Assembly (NCBI GenBank): GCA_963708295.1
Contig: CAVPSJ010000016.1
Coordinates: 87,408 to 151,407, forward strand
Length of the DNA: 64,000 nt
Direction of reading: 5' to 3'
From: an uncultured delta proteobacterium
GTDB lineage: Bacteria; Desulfobacterota; BSN033; UBA1163
The notes below the pieces were generated by a model. That model saw only the letters and a program-made list of their open reading frames with translations, did not search any database and had not been told where the DNA came from. The first letter of the stretch is position 1; each line of letters begins with the position of its first letter. A program made the position numbers and the translations under genes. Shown here one piece after another: positions 41,175 to 50,858 of this stretch.

Positions 41175-43882
41175 ATGTCTTCTCATCCATTAAATGCTTC
41201 CATGAAAGATGAACTGCTCCGAACTCTGAGAGAGAAGTTCCATTTCTCCGGTTTTCGAAAGTGGCAGGAGGAGATCATCGATACCCTCCTGACCCGGCGC
41301 GACGTGGTCGTCGTCATGCCCACAGGAAGCGGCAAATCGCTCTGTTACCAGTTGCCGGCACTGCTCCTGGACGGGGTGACACTGGTCATCTCGCCCCTGA
41401 TTGCACTGATGAAAGATCAGGTGGATGGACTGGTGCAGAATGAAATCCCTGCCACCTTCATCAACAGCGCATTGACCCCTTCCGAGCAAGGGCAGAGACT
41501 GAGGGAGATTCAGCAGGGCAGGTACAAGCTGGTTTATATTGCTCCCGAGCGGTTTCGGAATCCGGGATTTATGGAGGGGATTCAATCCTGCCGTGTCTCA
41601 CTGTTTGCTGTGGATGAGGCCCACTGCGTCTCCGAATGGGGGCATGATTTTCGTCCTGATTACCTTCGTCTCAAAGGGGTTGTTGAAAAACTGAGCCATC
41701 CGCCCGTTGCCGCTTTGACGGCAACGGCCACTCCGGATGTCCGCCATGATATCATCACCCAGTTGGGTCTCAGGCAGCCGATCGCCTTCGTTGCCGGTTT
41801 TGATCGGCCCAATCTACGGTTTCATGTTAAAAAGGTGGACGGTGAGAAAGATAAGATCGATGCGATTGTCACCCTGCTCAAAAAGGGGTTGCGGAAAGGA
41901 ATCATCTATGCCGCCACCCGTAAGAACGTGGAAGCCTTAACCCTGGCATTACGATCCAATGGCTACAAAGCGGGAAGTTATCACGCCGGCATGGAGATGG
42001 AGTCCCGCAAGGTTGTGCAGGACCTTTTTATGGAAGGAACCCTGCCGGTGGTGGTGGCGACAAACGCCTTCGGCATGGGCATCGATAAGGCGGATCTCCG
42101 TTTTGTCGTCCACTATGACATCCCCGGTTCCCTCGAGGCTTACTACCAGGAAGTCGGGCGTGCCGGCCGTGACGGGAAGCCTGCGACCTGTCTGCTCCTT
42201 TTTAACTACGCCGACACTTTCACCCAGGAATTTTTTATCGACGGAAGTTACCCACCCCAAGACATGGTCGAGAGGACGTACGAGGTCTTATGTGATATCG
42301 GGACGGATGAGATTGAGATGACCCAGAAGGCCCTGGCGGAACGCCTTGGTCGTTCAAAATCGAATGAGATGGCCGTCTCTTCGTGCTTGAAGATCCTGGA
42401 GAAGGCCGGCTATATTGAGCGCGGATCGGAAGGGGAGCATCAGGCCAGGGTGACCCTACGCGTCGAGCCGGAGGAGCTTCATCGCCAGGTTGAGGGAAAG
42501 AGCAAATACCAGAAAGAGATTGTCAATTATTGTGTCGATGTTCTGGATGGATCGAAAGACAGAACTCTTCTGGTGGACCTGGATGTGATGGCCGAGCATC
42601 TGAATCTTGCACCGGAGCAGTTGAGACGACATTTCTCTACACTTCATCAAGCGGGGTCAATAGAATATCGACCGCCGTTTCGGGGCCGGGGTCTGAAAAT
42701 ACTGTCACGGGTTCCCGTCACTGAGCTGAATATCAATTTTCAAGAGATTGAGCGCCGGAGCCTTTTCGAGCGTAAGAAACTCCGAAGGATGATCGATTAC
42801 GCCTATACCGACGAATGCTTGAGGCGCTTTATTCTCGAATACTTCGGCGAACGGACTACAAAGGACGGTTGCGACAACTGCTCTAACTGTCTCCATGAGA
42901 CTGAGACTCGCACGCTCGGGACATTGACCCTGTTAGGAAGCCCCGCCATTCTTGGAAAGAAGGATATAAATAACTCCTCCCTCCGGGCCAGAAGGCCCTC
43001 TGGGCTGGCGGCAATTCCTTCCAGAAAGGGTGGGGTTAAAGCCCCGTCCTTTCTAACGGGGCAGGCCAAGAAACAAAAGGTGCGTAAGGAGAAATTTCCG
43101 GAGAAGTCTCCGGTAGAATCAGACCTTCCGTGCCATGAAGACCTGTTTGTCTCCCTGAGGGAGATGCGTCTTAAACTCGCCCGGGCATCCAACCTTCCTC
43201 CCTTTGTTATCTTCCATGACCGAACACTCCTATCCATCAGCCAGAAACTGCCTCAAACAACCTCTGAATTGCTTGCCATCAAGGGCTGTGGCGAATATAA
43301 GGTATCGACTTACGGGGATCAGACGATTGAGGTCAGGGCTTATCTGAAAAGGCATCCTGAGGCTAAGCCCTTGAGCAAGTCCGGAACAACCACGACGGAT
43401 CTGCTGCCATCCGGCCTATCTGGAAGAAACCTTTGGGAGGAAGCACTGTCGAGATTACCTGGACGTTGTGGGAAAAGGGAATGAAGGTGGATGAGATTGC
43501 CCGGAAGCGGGGCCTCACTCCATCGACGATTAGCGAACATCTTGTGCAGCTCATCGGCGAGGGCAGGTCGATCGACCTTAACCGGATTCTTTCAAAGGAG
43601 CGAATCGCCCTCATCGGAGAAGCGATTGCTCGGACCGGAAGTGAGCGATTGGCTCCGATCAAGACCCTGCTTCCTCAGGATGTAAGCTATGAAGAAATTC
43701 GTTTGGTTGCAGGCAATATAAGGGCAAAAGATAAAAAAGAGAGGCAAGGTGTCAGCCCGTTATCGGAAAATGGTCAAGAAATAAACCAATTTTTATCCTC
43801 TCCCCAGGAGGGCTTAAGCGCTAACTTAAATATTTCCTCCCCTTCAAGGGGAGGGTTAGGGAGGGGATGGGGTAGATTATGA
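41175..43882 (+). CDS. recQ: RecQ family DNA helicase with HRDC and C-terminal HTH, frameshift near 43430
   Basis: MPTGSGKS, VDEAHCVSEWGHDFRP, ATNAFGMGIDK, QEVGRAGRDG, CDNCSNC, HRDC PPFVIFHDRTL. Confidence 0.88.
42928..43061. mobile_element. MITE (CCCyGTTAG.../...CTAACGGGG) read in frame inside recQ
   Basis: CCCTGTTAGGAAGCCCCGC...AAAGCCCCGTCCTTTCTAACGGGG matches the ends of 21537-21622. Confidence 0.75.
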
Positions 43883-44379
43883 TCGGCCAGACAAACAAGA
43901 AGATACGCTCAGGCAAGCTACAACGAACGTTACGCAGCAACATGTCCGATGCGGAACAGGCTTTGTGGCATCTTCTGCGATGTCGGCAGATTTCCGGTTT
44001 GCAATTTCGCCGTCAACATCCATTTGGTGATTACATTCTTGATTTTGTCTGTCTGGAAAACAAGCTGGTAATTGAGGTGGATGGGGGACAACATGAACAG
44101 CAGGCTTGGTATGACGAGAATCGCACACAAGAACTACAGGCTGCTGGTTTTCGCGTTCTCCGATTCTGGAACAATGAGGTTCTTAAGGAGATAGAATCGG
44201 TAAAGGAGAAGATTTGGTTGGTAGTCCAGGAGCTGCAATCCCATCCCCCTCCCAACCTCTCCCCTTGAAGGGGGAGGAATTAAGAAAGTCCCCCCTGTGA
44301 TTCCCTCCCTTTCAGGGGGAGGTAAGGGTGGGGATGGGGTAAATGAAAGGGAGGGAGAGTAAAGTTAGCGCTTATGCCC
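43810..44379. mobile_element. 570-bp TIR-bounded unit carrying DUF559
   Basis: GGGCTTAAGCGCTAACTT (43810-43827) versus AAGTTAGCGCTTATGCCC (44362-44379), a 17/18 inverted match. Confidence 0.7.
43879..44268 (+). CDS. DUF559 / Vsr-like endonuclease domain protein
   Basis: LRSNMSDAEQALW, FRRQHP, YILDFVC, IEVDGGQH, GFRVLRFWNNEV. Confidence 0.9.
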   Translation: MIGQTNKKIRSGKLQRTLRSNMSDAEQALWHLLRCRQISGLQFRRQHPFGDYILDFVCLENKLVIEVDGGQHEQQAWYDENRTQELQAAGFRVLRFWNNEVLKEIESVKEKIWLVVQELQSHPPPNLSP

Positions 44380-44476
44380 CAAGGGAGAGAGGGTAATAAT
44401 AAAGAATGTAGCAAAAAATGAATGTGCGGCCAATTTCAGAATTGACCAAAAAGTCTATTGAAGGAGGATTCCTATC

Positions 44477-44869
44477 GTGGATGACGAATTAAAAAAGAAG
44501 ACTCAGGAGACAGCCAGTCGATTGTTCGGTAAAGGGATCAAGATGGATCCTCCTTACCTGACGTGGAAAGAATTTGACAAAAGCCTTGCCAACGATTTTT
44601 CCCTTTTTATCACCGGCAAACTCTATTCGAGGACGGTTTTGACCCTGCCCGAACGACAGATGGTTGCCTGTGCCATGCTGGCGGCACTGCGTGCGACGGA
44701 TGAATTGAAGCTCCATGTCAATGCGGCGTTGAATGTGGGTTGTGACCCAAAGAAGCTGGCTGAGATCTTTTTCCAACTGGCCCCTTATGCAGGAATGCCG
44801 GCCGTCAATGAAGCACTCCATGTATACCGGGACGTCTTGAAGGAAAGAGGGGAGTGGCCGATCAAATAG
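44477..44869 (+). CDS. Carboxymuconolactone decarboxylase family protein
   Basis: YSRTVLTLPERQMV, ELKLHVNAALNVG, LAPYAGMP. Confidence 0.85.
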   Translation: MDDELKKKTQETASRLFGKGIKMDPPYLTWKEFDKSLANDFSLFITGKLYSRTVLTLPERQMVACAMLAALRATDELKLHVNAALNVGCDPKKLAEIFFQLAPYAGMPAVNEALHVYRDVLKERGEWPIK

Positions 44870-45087
44870 GGTGCTTCAGCCAGCGTCATTGTGAATCACA
44901 GGTCAATTGAATACGCCCATCCCAGGGGAGCTCCAAACTCTGCCACTCAACGCATTTCTCCTCCATCCTGGAACTCTCGTCCACCCTCTTTTCGATTTTC
45001 AAGACAACGGGTTGATCTATGGGTTGCTTCGAGGCGGGGGCCGGCTGCGCGAGGCCTGACCTGACTCAAAGCGAATCCATTTTTTTG

Positions 45088-45150
45088 TTGACAGGAGAGA
45101 AATTTAGTGCATAATAACATACCGGTCAGTATGTTACATACCGGCCGGGA
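45088..45150 (+). promoter_or_regulatory. Sigma70 promoter overlapped by a palindromic operator
   Basis: TTGACA at 45088, CATAAT at 45110; TAACATAC-cggtca-GTATGTTA at 45115-45136; a second half-site ACATACCGG follows. Confidence 0.7.
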
Positions 45151-45161
45151 GGAAGGATGGC

Positions 45162-45776
45162 ATGAAAGCAAGGGGCATCCATTTTGATACCGCAGACCCA
45201 AGACAAAGCCAGAGAATCATGAAAATCGCCAAGATCGCGGCAGGGCTGTTTGGCACGAAGGGCTATCTTGAAACGAGTATAGACGACATTGCTGCTGCGG
45301 CGAAGGTGACCAAAGGCGGTGTCTATCATTATTTCAGAAGCAAAGGTGAGATTCTCTATTTTATCTGCTCGACGTACGTGGACCTGGATCTTGAGAACCT
45401 GGCAGAATCGTTAGCCAGGATCGAAGATCCGGTTGAGAAAATTAGATTTATCATCTTTCGCCACATCCAGCATTATGCGACGCACGAATACGGAGCCAAA
45501 ACCCTGCTCAATGAGGCCTACTGCCTGCCTTCCAAGTATTACAAACAGGTGAAAGCGAGGGAGAGGCAGTACCTCCAGATCGTCACACGAGTCCTGTTTG
45601 AACACCTTGGCTCCGGGACAGAAAAGGATCTTGTCACGGCGCTCGCATTTAGCCTGTTCGGAATGATGAACTGGATTTACTCGTGGTACGACCCGAGAAA
45701 ATCGCTGAAACCGGATGAATTATCCAAACTCGTCTTTGAAATCTTTACCAAGGGGGCTCCTGGGGCTGTGGTTTGA
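45162..45776 (+). CDS. TetR/AcrR family regulator
   Basis: KGYLETSIDDIA..VTKGGVYHYFRSK; C-terminal GMMNWIYSWY. Confidence 0.92.
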   Translation: MKARGIHFDTADPRQSQRIMKIAKIAAGLFGTKGYLETSIDDIAAAAKVTKGGVYHYFRSKGEILYFICSTYVDLDLENLAESLARIEDPVEKIRFIIFRHIQHYATHEYGAKTLLNEAYCLPSKYYKQVKARERQYLQIVTRVLFEHLGSGTEKDLVTALAFSLFGMMNWIYSWYDPRKSLKPDELSKLVFEIFTKGAPGAVV

Positions 45777-45862
45777 GTTAAGTCCTGGCCCGGCCCCGGA
45801 ATGCACGGCACAGGGGGTGATCAGGCTCTTCGTCAAGGAGGTTTGTTTGGAAAGGAAACGAC

Positions 45863-47494
45863 ATGAGTGACGATTCAAAGATAAAAATCAATCACCTCGA
45901 GGGAGAAAAAATCAGGCATTTCAAATCGCTCTCGGGTCTGGAGTACAAACGGATCTATGATCAGAAGGATTGGTCCGGAACGCTTCCAGATGCTGGCGAG
46001 TACCCTTTCATCAGGGGGGTCCATCAGGACATGTACCGTGGACGCCTTTGGACCCGAAGGCAGCAAAGTGGTTTCGGATCCCCGGAAGAGAGCAATGATC
46101 TCATCAAATACCTACTGGGGATCGGGCAGACGGGGATCAACATGGACGCTGACGTAGGTACCAAGCTGGGTCTCGATCCCGATTACCCCCTTGCCCAAGG
46201 CGATGTGGGACTTCAAGGAACCTCCCTGTGCACCTACGAAGACATGAAAGCGCTCTTCAAGGATATTCCTCTCGACAAGGTAAGCTCCACCTTGATCATC
46301 CAGCCCCCCTGCTCTGCGATCATCATGGCCCAATACCTGCTCATGGCCAAGGAGCAGGGTATCCCCTGGGAGAAACTGATCGGAACCATCATGAATTGCG
46401 CCTTCACGCAACTCGTCGGGCCGACCTTTCAGGCAAATACCGCCTTCTTTCCGATCGATCTCCAGGTAAAGATCGCCCTCGACGTCATGGAGTTCCTGTT
46501 ACCCCGTGTCCCCCGGTGGAACATCATCAACGTCAACTCTAGAAATATCAGGGAGACGGGGGTCGATGCGGTTCAGGAGGTGGCTTTTGTCCTTTCCCTG
46601 GCCTGCGACTATATCCAAGGGCTGCTCGACCGCGGGCTTGGGATCGATGTCTTTGCCCCCCGGATGGCCTTCTTCTCGGCGGTCCACATCGATTTATTCG
46701 AGGAAGTGGCGAAATTCAGGGCGATGCGTCGGATATGGGCTCGAATCCTGAAGGAAAGGTTTGGGGCAAAGAATCCGAAGAGCATGTGGTGTCGCGTGGC
46801 CGTCCAGACTTCTGCACTGCCCCTGTCGGCCCAGGAACCGATGAATAACATTGTCCGCTCGTGCATCCAAACTCTCGCGGCGGTGCTGGCAGGCACACAA
46901 TCCATACACACCACTGCCTATGACGAGGCCTATTGCTTGCCCACCGAGGAGGCCCAGAAACTGGCCATTCGTACGCAACAGATCATCGCCTATGAAACGG
47001 GCGTGATGAAATCGGTTGACCCGCTGGGCGGTTCCTATCTCGTTGAGACGCTGACAAACGAGATCGAGGAGCGGATATGGGAACTGATGAAGGTGATTGA
47101 GGGGAAGGGCGGGTTCATTCGGTGCTTCAAAGACGGATGGGTTGAGGAACAGCTCAACGAGGCGAGGTACCGGATGGCGGATGCCATCGAAACGGGCGAG
47201 CAATCGATCGTGGGTGTCAACGTTTTCAGGCAGGAAGGGCAGGATACGGAAATTGAAATTTTCCAGCAGGCGCCGGACATGCAGGCCAAACGGATCGAGT
47301 ATGTGAGGCAGTACAAGAGGAACCGGGACCAGGAGCCTGTACGAAAAGCCCTCGATATCCTGTTCGAGACGGTCCGCCACCGGCCGGAGGCAAGCTTGAT
47401 GGAGCCCGTGACGGACGCGGTCATTGCCAGGGCAACACTTCAGGAGATCTGCGACGCCATGCGGGCAGCATGCGATTTTAAGATTCCTGCATAG
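45863..47494 (+). CDS. B12-dependent acyl-CoA mutase, substrate-binding subunit (divergent active site)
   Basis: GEYPFIRG, FEEVAKFRAMRRIWA, QEPMNNIVR, AYDEA, DPLGGSY, IVGVN. Confidence 0.9.
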   Translation: MSDDSKIKINHLEGEKIRHFKSLSGLEYKRIYDQKDWSGTLPDAGEYPFIRGVHQDMYRGRLWTRRQQSGFGSPEESNDLIKYLLGIGQTGINMDADVGTKLGLDPDYPLAQGDVGLQGTSLCTYEDMKALFKDIPLDKVSSTLIIQPPCSAIIMAQYLLMAKEQGIPWEKLIGTIMNCAFTQLVGPTFQANTAFFPIDLQVKIALDVMEFLLPRVPRWNIINVNSRNIRETGVDAVQEVAFVLSLACDYIQGLLDRGLGIDVFAPRMAFFSAVHIDLFEEVAKFRAMRRIWARILKERFGAKNPKSMWCRVAVQTSALPLSAQEPMNNIVRSCIQTLAAVLAGTQSIHTTAYDEAYCLPTEEAQKLAIRTQQIIAYETGVMKSVDPLGGSYLVETLTNEIEERIWELMKVIEGKGGFIRCFKDGWVEEQLNEARYRMADAIETGEQSIVGVNVFRQEGQDTEIEIFQQAPDMQAKRIEYVRQYKRNRDQEPVRKALDILFETVRHRPEASLMEPVTDAVIARATLQEICDAMRAACDFKIPA

Positions 47495-47507
47495 AGAGGG
47501 GTTCAGC

Positions 47508-47913
47508 ATGTCGAAGAAGAGGATTATTCTCGCCAAAGTAGGCCTGGATTCCCACGACAATGGTCTGAGAATCATCGCCAGATGGCTCATGGACAGGGGA
47601 TATGAAGTCATCTATGCAGGGGTCTACAATTCCCCCGAGGGCGTGGTGAAAACCGCCTTACAGGAGCACGTCCAAGCCATTGGCGTCAGTTTTCTGGGAG
47701 GCGGCCATCTCTTTTATGCGGACAAGCTTCTGCGGCTCATGAAAGAGAACGGAGTGGCGGATGTTGCCCTTATTGCCGGAGGCGTGATACCGCCCAGGGA
47801 TGTTGAGAAAATGAAGGGGATGGGAGTGGCTGCCGTGTTCACACCGGGAACGAAGCGTGACGTGATTCTACAAACCGATCGACGATTTACTCGAGAGACC
47901 CAGGAACTCTTGA
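47508..47913 (+). CDS. Cobalamin-binding subunit of the mutase (apparent +1 error near 47875)
   Basis: KVGLDSHDNG (DxHxxG), GVSFLGG, GGVIP, AVFTPGT; TGATG stop/start overlap at 47911-47915. Confidence 0.85.
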
Positions 47914-49304
47914 TGAAGGCCGAGGCCAAGCTGATTTCTTTTATCCATGACACGCGCTTCGGAGACATTCCCTCCGCGGCCGTCCAGACGGTGAAACATC
48001 AGATTCTTGCCGTAATCGGGACCACGATCGCGGGCGCGACTGCCGACGGGTGCGAGACGGCCGTTCGACTGTACAGAGATCTCAGGGGGAAGCCGGAGGC
48101 GACGATCCTTGTGCATGGCGGCAGGATCCCGGCGCAGGATGCGGCATTCGTTAATGGGGTGATGGCCCGGGCTCTCGATTTCTGTGACGCTTTAGCTCCG
48201 GGTCCCCATCTGGGTTCAGCGGTGATCCCGGCCGCGTTAGCCGCGTCGGAGTTGGCAGGGCAATGGAGCGGGCGAGAGTTTATTACCGCAGTTGCCGTAG
48301 GAACAGAGGTGGCGGCGAGGCTCAACCTGTCGGAGGCGGCATACGACGGGTTCGATCCGACCGGGGTCTGTGTTCCCTTTGGAGCAGCCGCAGCAGCCGC
48401 AAGGATCCTGGGCCTCAGTCCGAAGGAAATATGGAACGCCCTCGCCCTGGCCTTCAACTCCTGCGGCGGGAGCTTTCAGAGCCATATCGACGGGTCGCTG
48501 GGCGTCAGGTTCGTTCAGGGGCGTGTTGCTCAAAGCGGGGTCATGAGTGCCCGGCTGGCCTCGAAAGGGATCACCGGACCCAGGAATTTCCTGGATGGGG
48601 TTTATGGTTATTATCATCTCTATGGCAAGGACACGGCTACCGGGGAGACGGCCCTGTCCGATCTGGGAAGCAGGTATCATCTACTCAAGCTTGTGTTCAA
48701 GAGGTACCCGAGTTGCGCACTGACCGCGGGGAGCATTGACGTGATGCTTAAGTTGATTGGGGAGGAAGACCTTCAGGCCGACGGCATCGAGCGAGTCGAT
48801 ATCACTGTCCCGCCTTACACGTACAAGCTCGTGGGACACCCGTTTGAAATCGGGGATAACCCCAAGGTCAATGCCCAGTTCAGCATCCAGTACTGCGTTG
48901 CCAACGCGCTCCTGAGGAAATCCTCCAAGCTCTTGCACTTCGAGGAGGATTCCATTAAAGACCCTCGCATCGCCGCGCTGACAAAAAGGATCAACATCAT
49001 AGAAGACAGGGCCCTGGAGACGCGGGGCCATACACCTCTCGACATGAGAGTGGTCACCCGCTCAGGGAAGGAATATTTCAGGACCCTGGATATCGCCCCG
49101 GGTTTTCCGGGCAACGAATTGTCGCAGGGAGACCACGAGGAGCGATTCTGGGATTGCATCGAGTTTGCCGGACAACGAATCGCCAGGGAGAGTGCTGAGA
49201 AAATAGTCTCTCTGGTCAACGGCATCGAAGCCCTTGGGGACATCACGATGCTTATCCCACTCCTTCTTTCAAATACTCATCGATTTCAAGGAACAGAGTC
49301 ATGA
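47913..49304 (+). CDS. MmgE/PrpD family protein
   Basis: AAFVNGVMARALDF, VIPAALA, GITGPRNFLDG, FKRYPSC, AQFSIQY. Confidence 0.88.
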   Translation: MKAEAKLISFIHDTRFGDIPSAAVQTVKHQILAVIGTTIAGATADGCETAVRLYRDLRGKPEATILVHGGRIPAQDAAFVNGVMARALDFCDALAPGPHLGSAVIPAALAASELAGQWSGREFITAVAVGTEVAARLNLSEAAYDGFDPTGVCVPFGAAAAAARILGLSPKEIWNALALAFNSCGGSFQSHIDGSLGVRFVQGRVAQSGVMSARLASKGITGPRNFLDGVYGYYHLYGKDTATGETALSDLGSRYHLLKLVFKRYPSCALTAGSIDVMLKLIGEEDLQADGIERVDITVPPYTYKLVGHPFEIGDNPKVNAQFSIQYCVANALLRKSSKLLHFEEDSIKDPRIAALTKRINIIEDRALETRGHTPLDMRVVTRSGKEYFRTLDIAPGFPGNELSQGDHEERFWDCIEFAGQRIARESAEKIVSLVNGIEALGDITMLIPLLLSNTHRFQGTES

Positions 49305-50857
49305 TGAATATTACGGATCTAGTGTCGAGGAATGCGAGACAGCATCCTGATCAAATCGCATTTGTCGAGGTGCGGCCGCTTAGCAAGACCCGGAAGGTGA
49401 TCAGCTGGGCCCTGTTTGAAGAAAGAACAAACAGGCTGGCCCATGCTCTATTCGAAAGGGGAATAGGGAAGGGCCAGAAAGTTGCCTTGTTAGGCAGGAA
49501 TTCCATCCACTGGCTGGAGGCGTTTTTCGGAATCATGAAGACTGGCGCCTGTGCCATCCCCTTGAACTTCCGCTTCGTGGACGAAGACATCCGGTACTGC
49601 ACGAAGATCTCCGAACCGAAGGCATTTATCGTCGACGAGGAGTACGTCGAACGGGTCAACGCGATGAGACCCGCACTCAGGACCGTGACCGATTTCTTTG
49701 GAATCAGCGATGGCTCCCTGGACCAGATGACGACCCTGGAGAGTTTGATTCAGGGATCAGCTTCGTCTTCCACGTTTGTCGATATTGGCGACGAGGATGA
49801 TTGTGCTCTCTACTTCACGTCGGGGACGACAGGGGCTCCCAAGGCGGTTCTCCATGCCCATCGAAGCCTGATGGTTGCGGCGATTACGGAATCGACGAAT
49901 CATGGGTGGACAAATCAGGACATCAATTTGATGATGGCGCCCCTCTACCATCTGGCCATAGGCCACCTCCTCGGCGGCCTGATCGTTGGCGCACGGAACG
50001 TCCTGCTTGTAGAGCAGATCAGCCCTCAGGTCGTCATGGAAACCGTTGCCCGGGAACGGGTAACCATGGCATTCCTGCTTGTCCCGTGGGCTTCCGATAT
50101 CCTTCAGGCATTGGATCGAGGAGAGCTCAGGCTGGGCGACTATGATCTCTCGAGCTGGAAACTGATGTACATGGGCGCTCAGCCCATCCCGCCCATTCTG
50201 GTGAGGAGATGGAAGACCTACTTCCCGGAAATGCAGCATGATACAACGTACGGTTTGAGCGAGGGAGGCGGTCCCGGTGTCGTCCGCCTCGGGATGGAGA
50301 ACGAGCATAAATTGGGCGCTATCGGAAAGACAGGTCTGATCTGGGACGTGCGTATCGTCGACGAGAAGGGAAAGGACGTGAGGACCGGGGAAGTGGGGGA
50401 GCTGATCATCAAGGGAAGCGGGATCATGAAGGAGTACTATAAGAACCCCGTTGCCACCGCCGAGGCGGTCCGGGAGGGATGGCTCTACACAGGCGACCTC
50501 GGCAAGTGGGACGACGAGGGATTTATCTACATCGTCGACCGAAAGAAGGATCTGATCATTTCGGGCGGCGAAAATATATACCCTGTTGAGATCGAAAACG
50601 TGATTCGACGTCACCCGAAAGTTCGCGACGTTGCGGTCATCGGGATGCCCGATCCCAGACTCGGGGAAGTGGCGTGTGCGGTCGTCCAGGTGATCTCGGG
50701 CGAGCAGCTCACGGAACAGGAGATGGGTTCCTTCTGTGAGCAAAACCTTCCGCGCTACAAGCGTCCTCGCCGAGTCCTCTTTGCCGAGGTACCGCGCGGC
50801 GCCACCGGCAAAATAGAGAAGCCCAAGCTCCGGGAAAAGTACTGCAAGGGAAACTGA
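49301..50857 (+). CDS. Acyl-CoA synthetase / AMP-binding protein
   Basis: YFTSGTTGAPK, YGLSE, TGDLG, DRKKDLIISGGEN, TGKIEK. Confidence 0.93.
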   Translation: MMNITDLVSRNARQHPDQIAFVEVRPLSKTRKVISWALFEERTNRLAHALFERGIGKGQKVALLGRNSIHWLEAFFGIMKTGACAIPLNFRFVDEDIRYCTKISEPKAFIVDEEYVERVNAMRPALRTVTDFFGISDGSLDQMTTLESLIQGSASSSTFVDIGDEDDCALYFTSGTTGAPKAVLHAHRSLMVAAITESTNHGWTNQDINLMMAPLYHLAIGHLLGGLIVGARNVLLVEQISPQVVMETVARERVTMAFLLVPWASDILQALDRGELRLGDYDLSSWKLMYMGAQPIPPILVRRWKTYFPEMQHDTTYGLSEGGGPGVVRLGMENEHKLGAIGKTGLIWDVRIVDEKGKDVRTGEVGELIIKGSGIMKEYYKNPVATAEAVREGWLYTGDLGKWDDEGFIYIVDRKKDLIISGGENIYPVEIENVIRRHPKVRDVAVIGMPDPRLGEVACAVVQVISGEQLTEQEMGSFCEQNLPRYKRPRRVLFAEVPRGATGKIEKPKLREKYCKGN

Positions 50858-50858
50858 T

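Noticed and set aside
44880-45862. Cobalamin riboswitch near the mutase operon
   Set aside because: No B12-box consensus recognised by eye; an Rfam scan would be needed to exclude it.
47424-49304. Apparent novel B12-binding/MmgE-PrpD fusion protein (626-aa ORF)
   Set aside because: Removing one base near 47875 gives ...QTIDDLLERPRNS* with a TGATG stop/start overlap; given the indel rate in this window it is most likely two genes.
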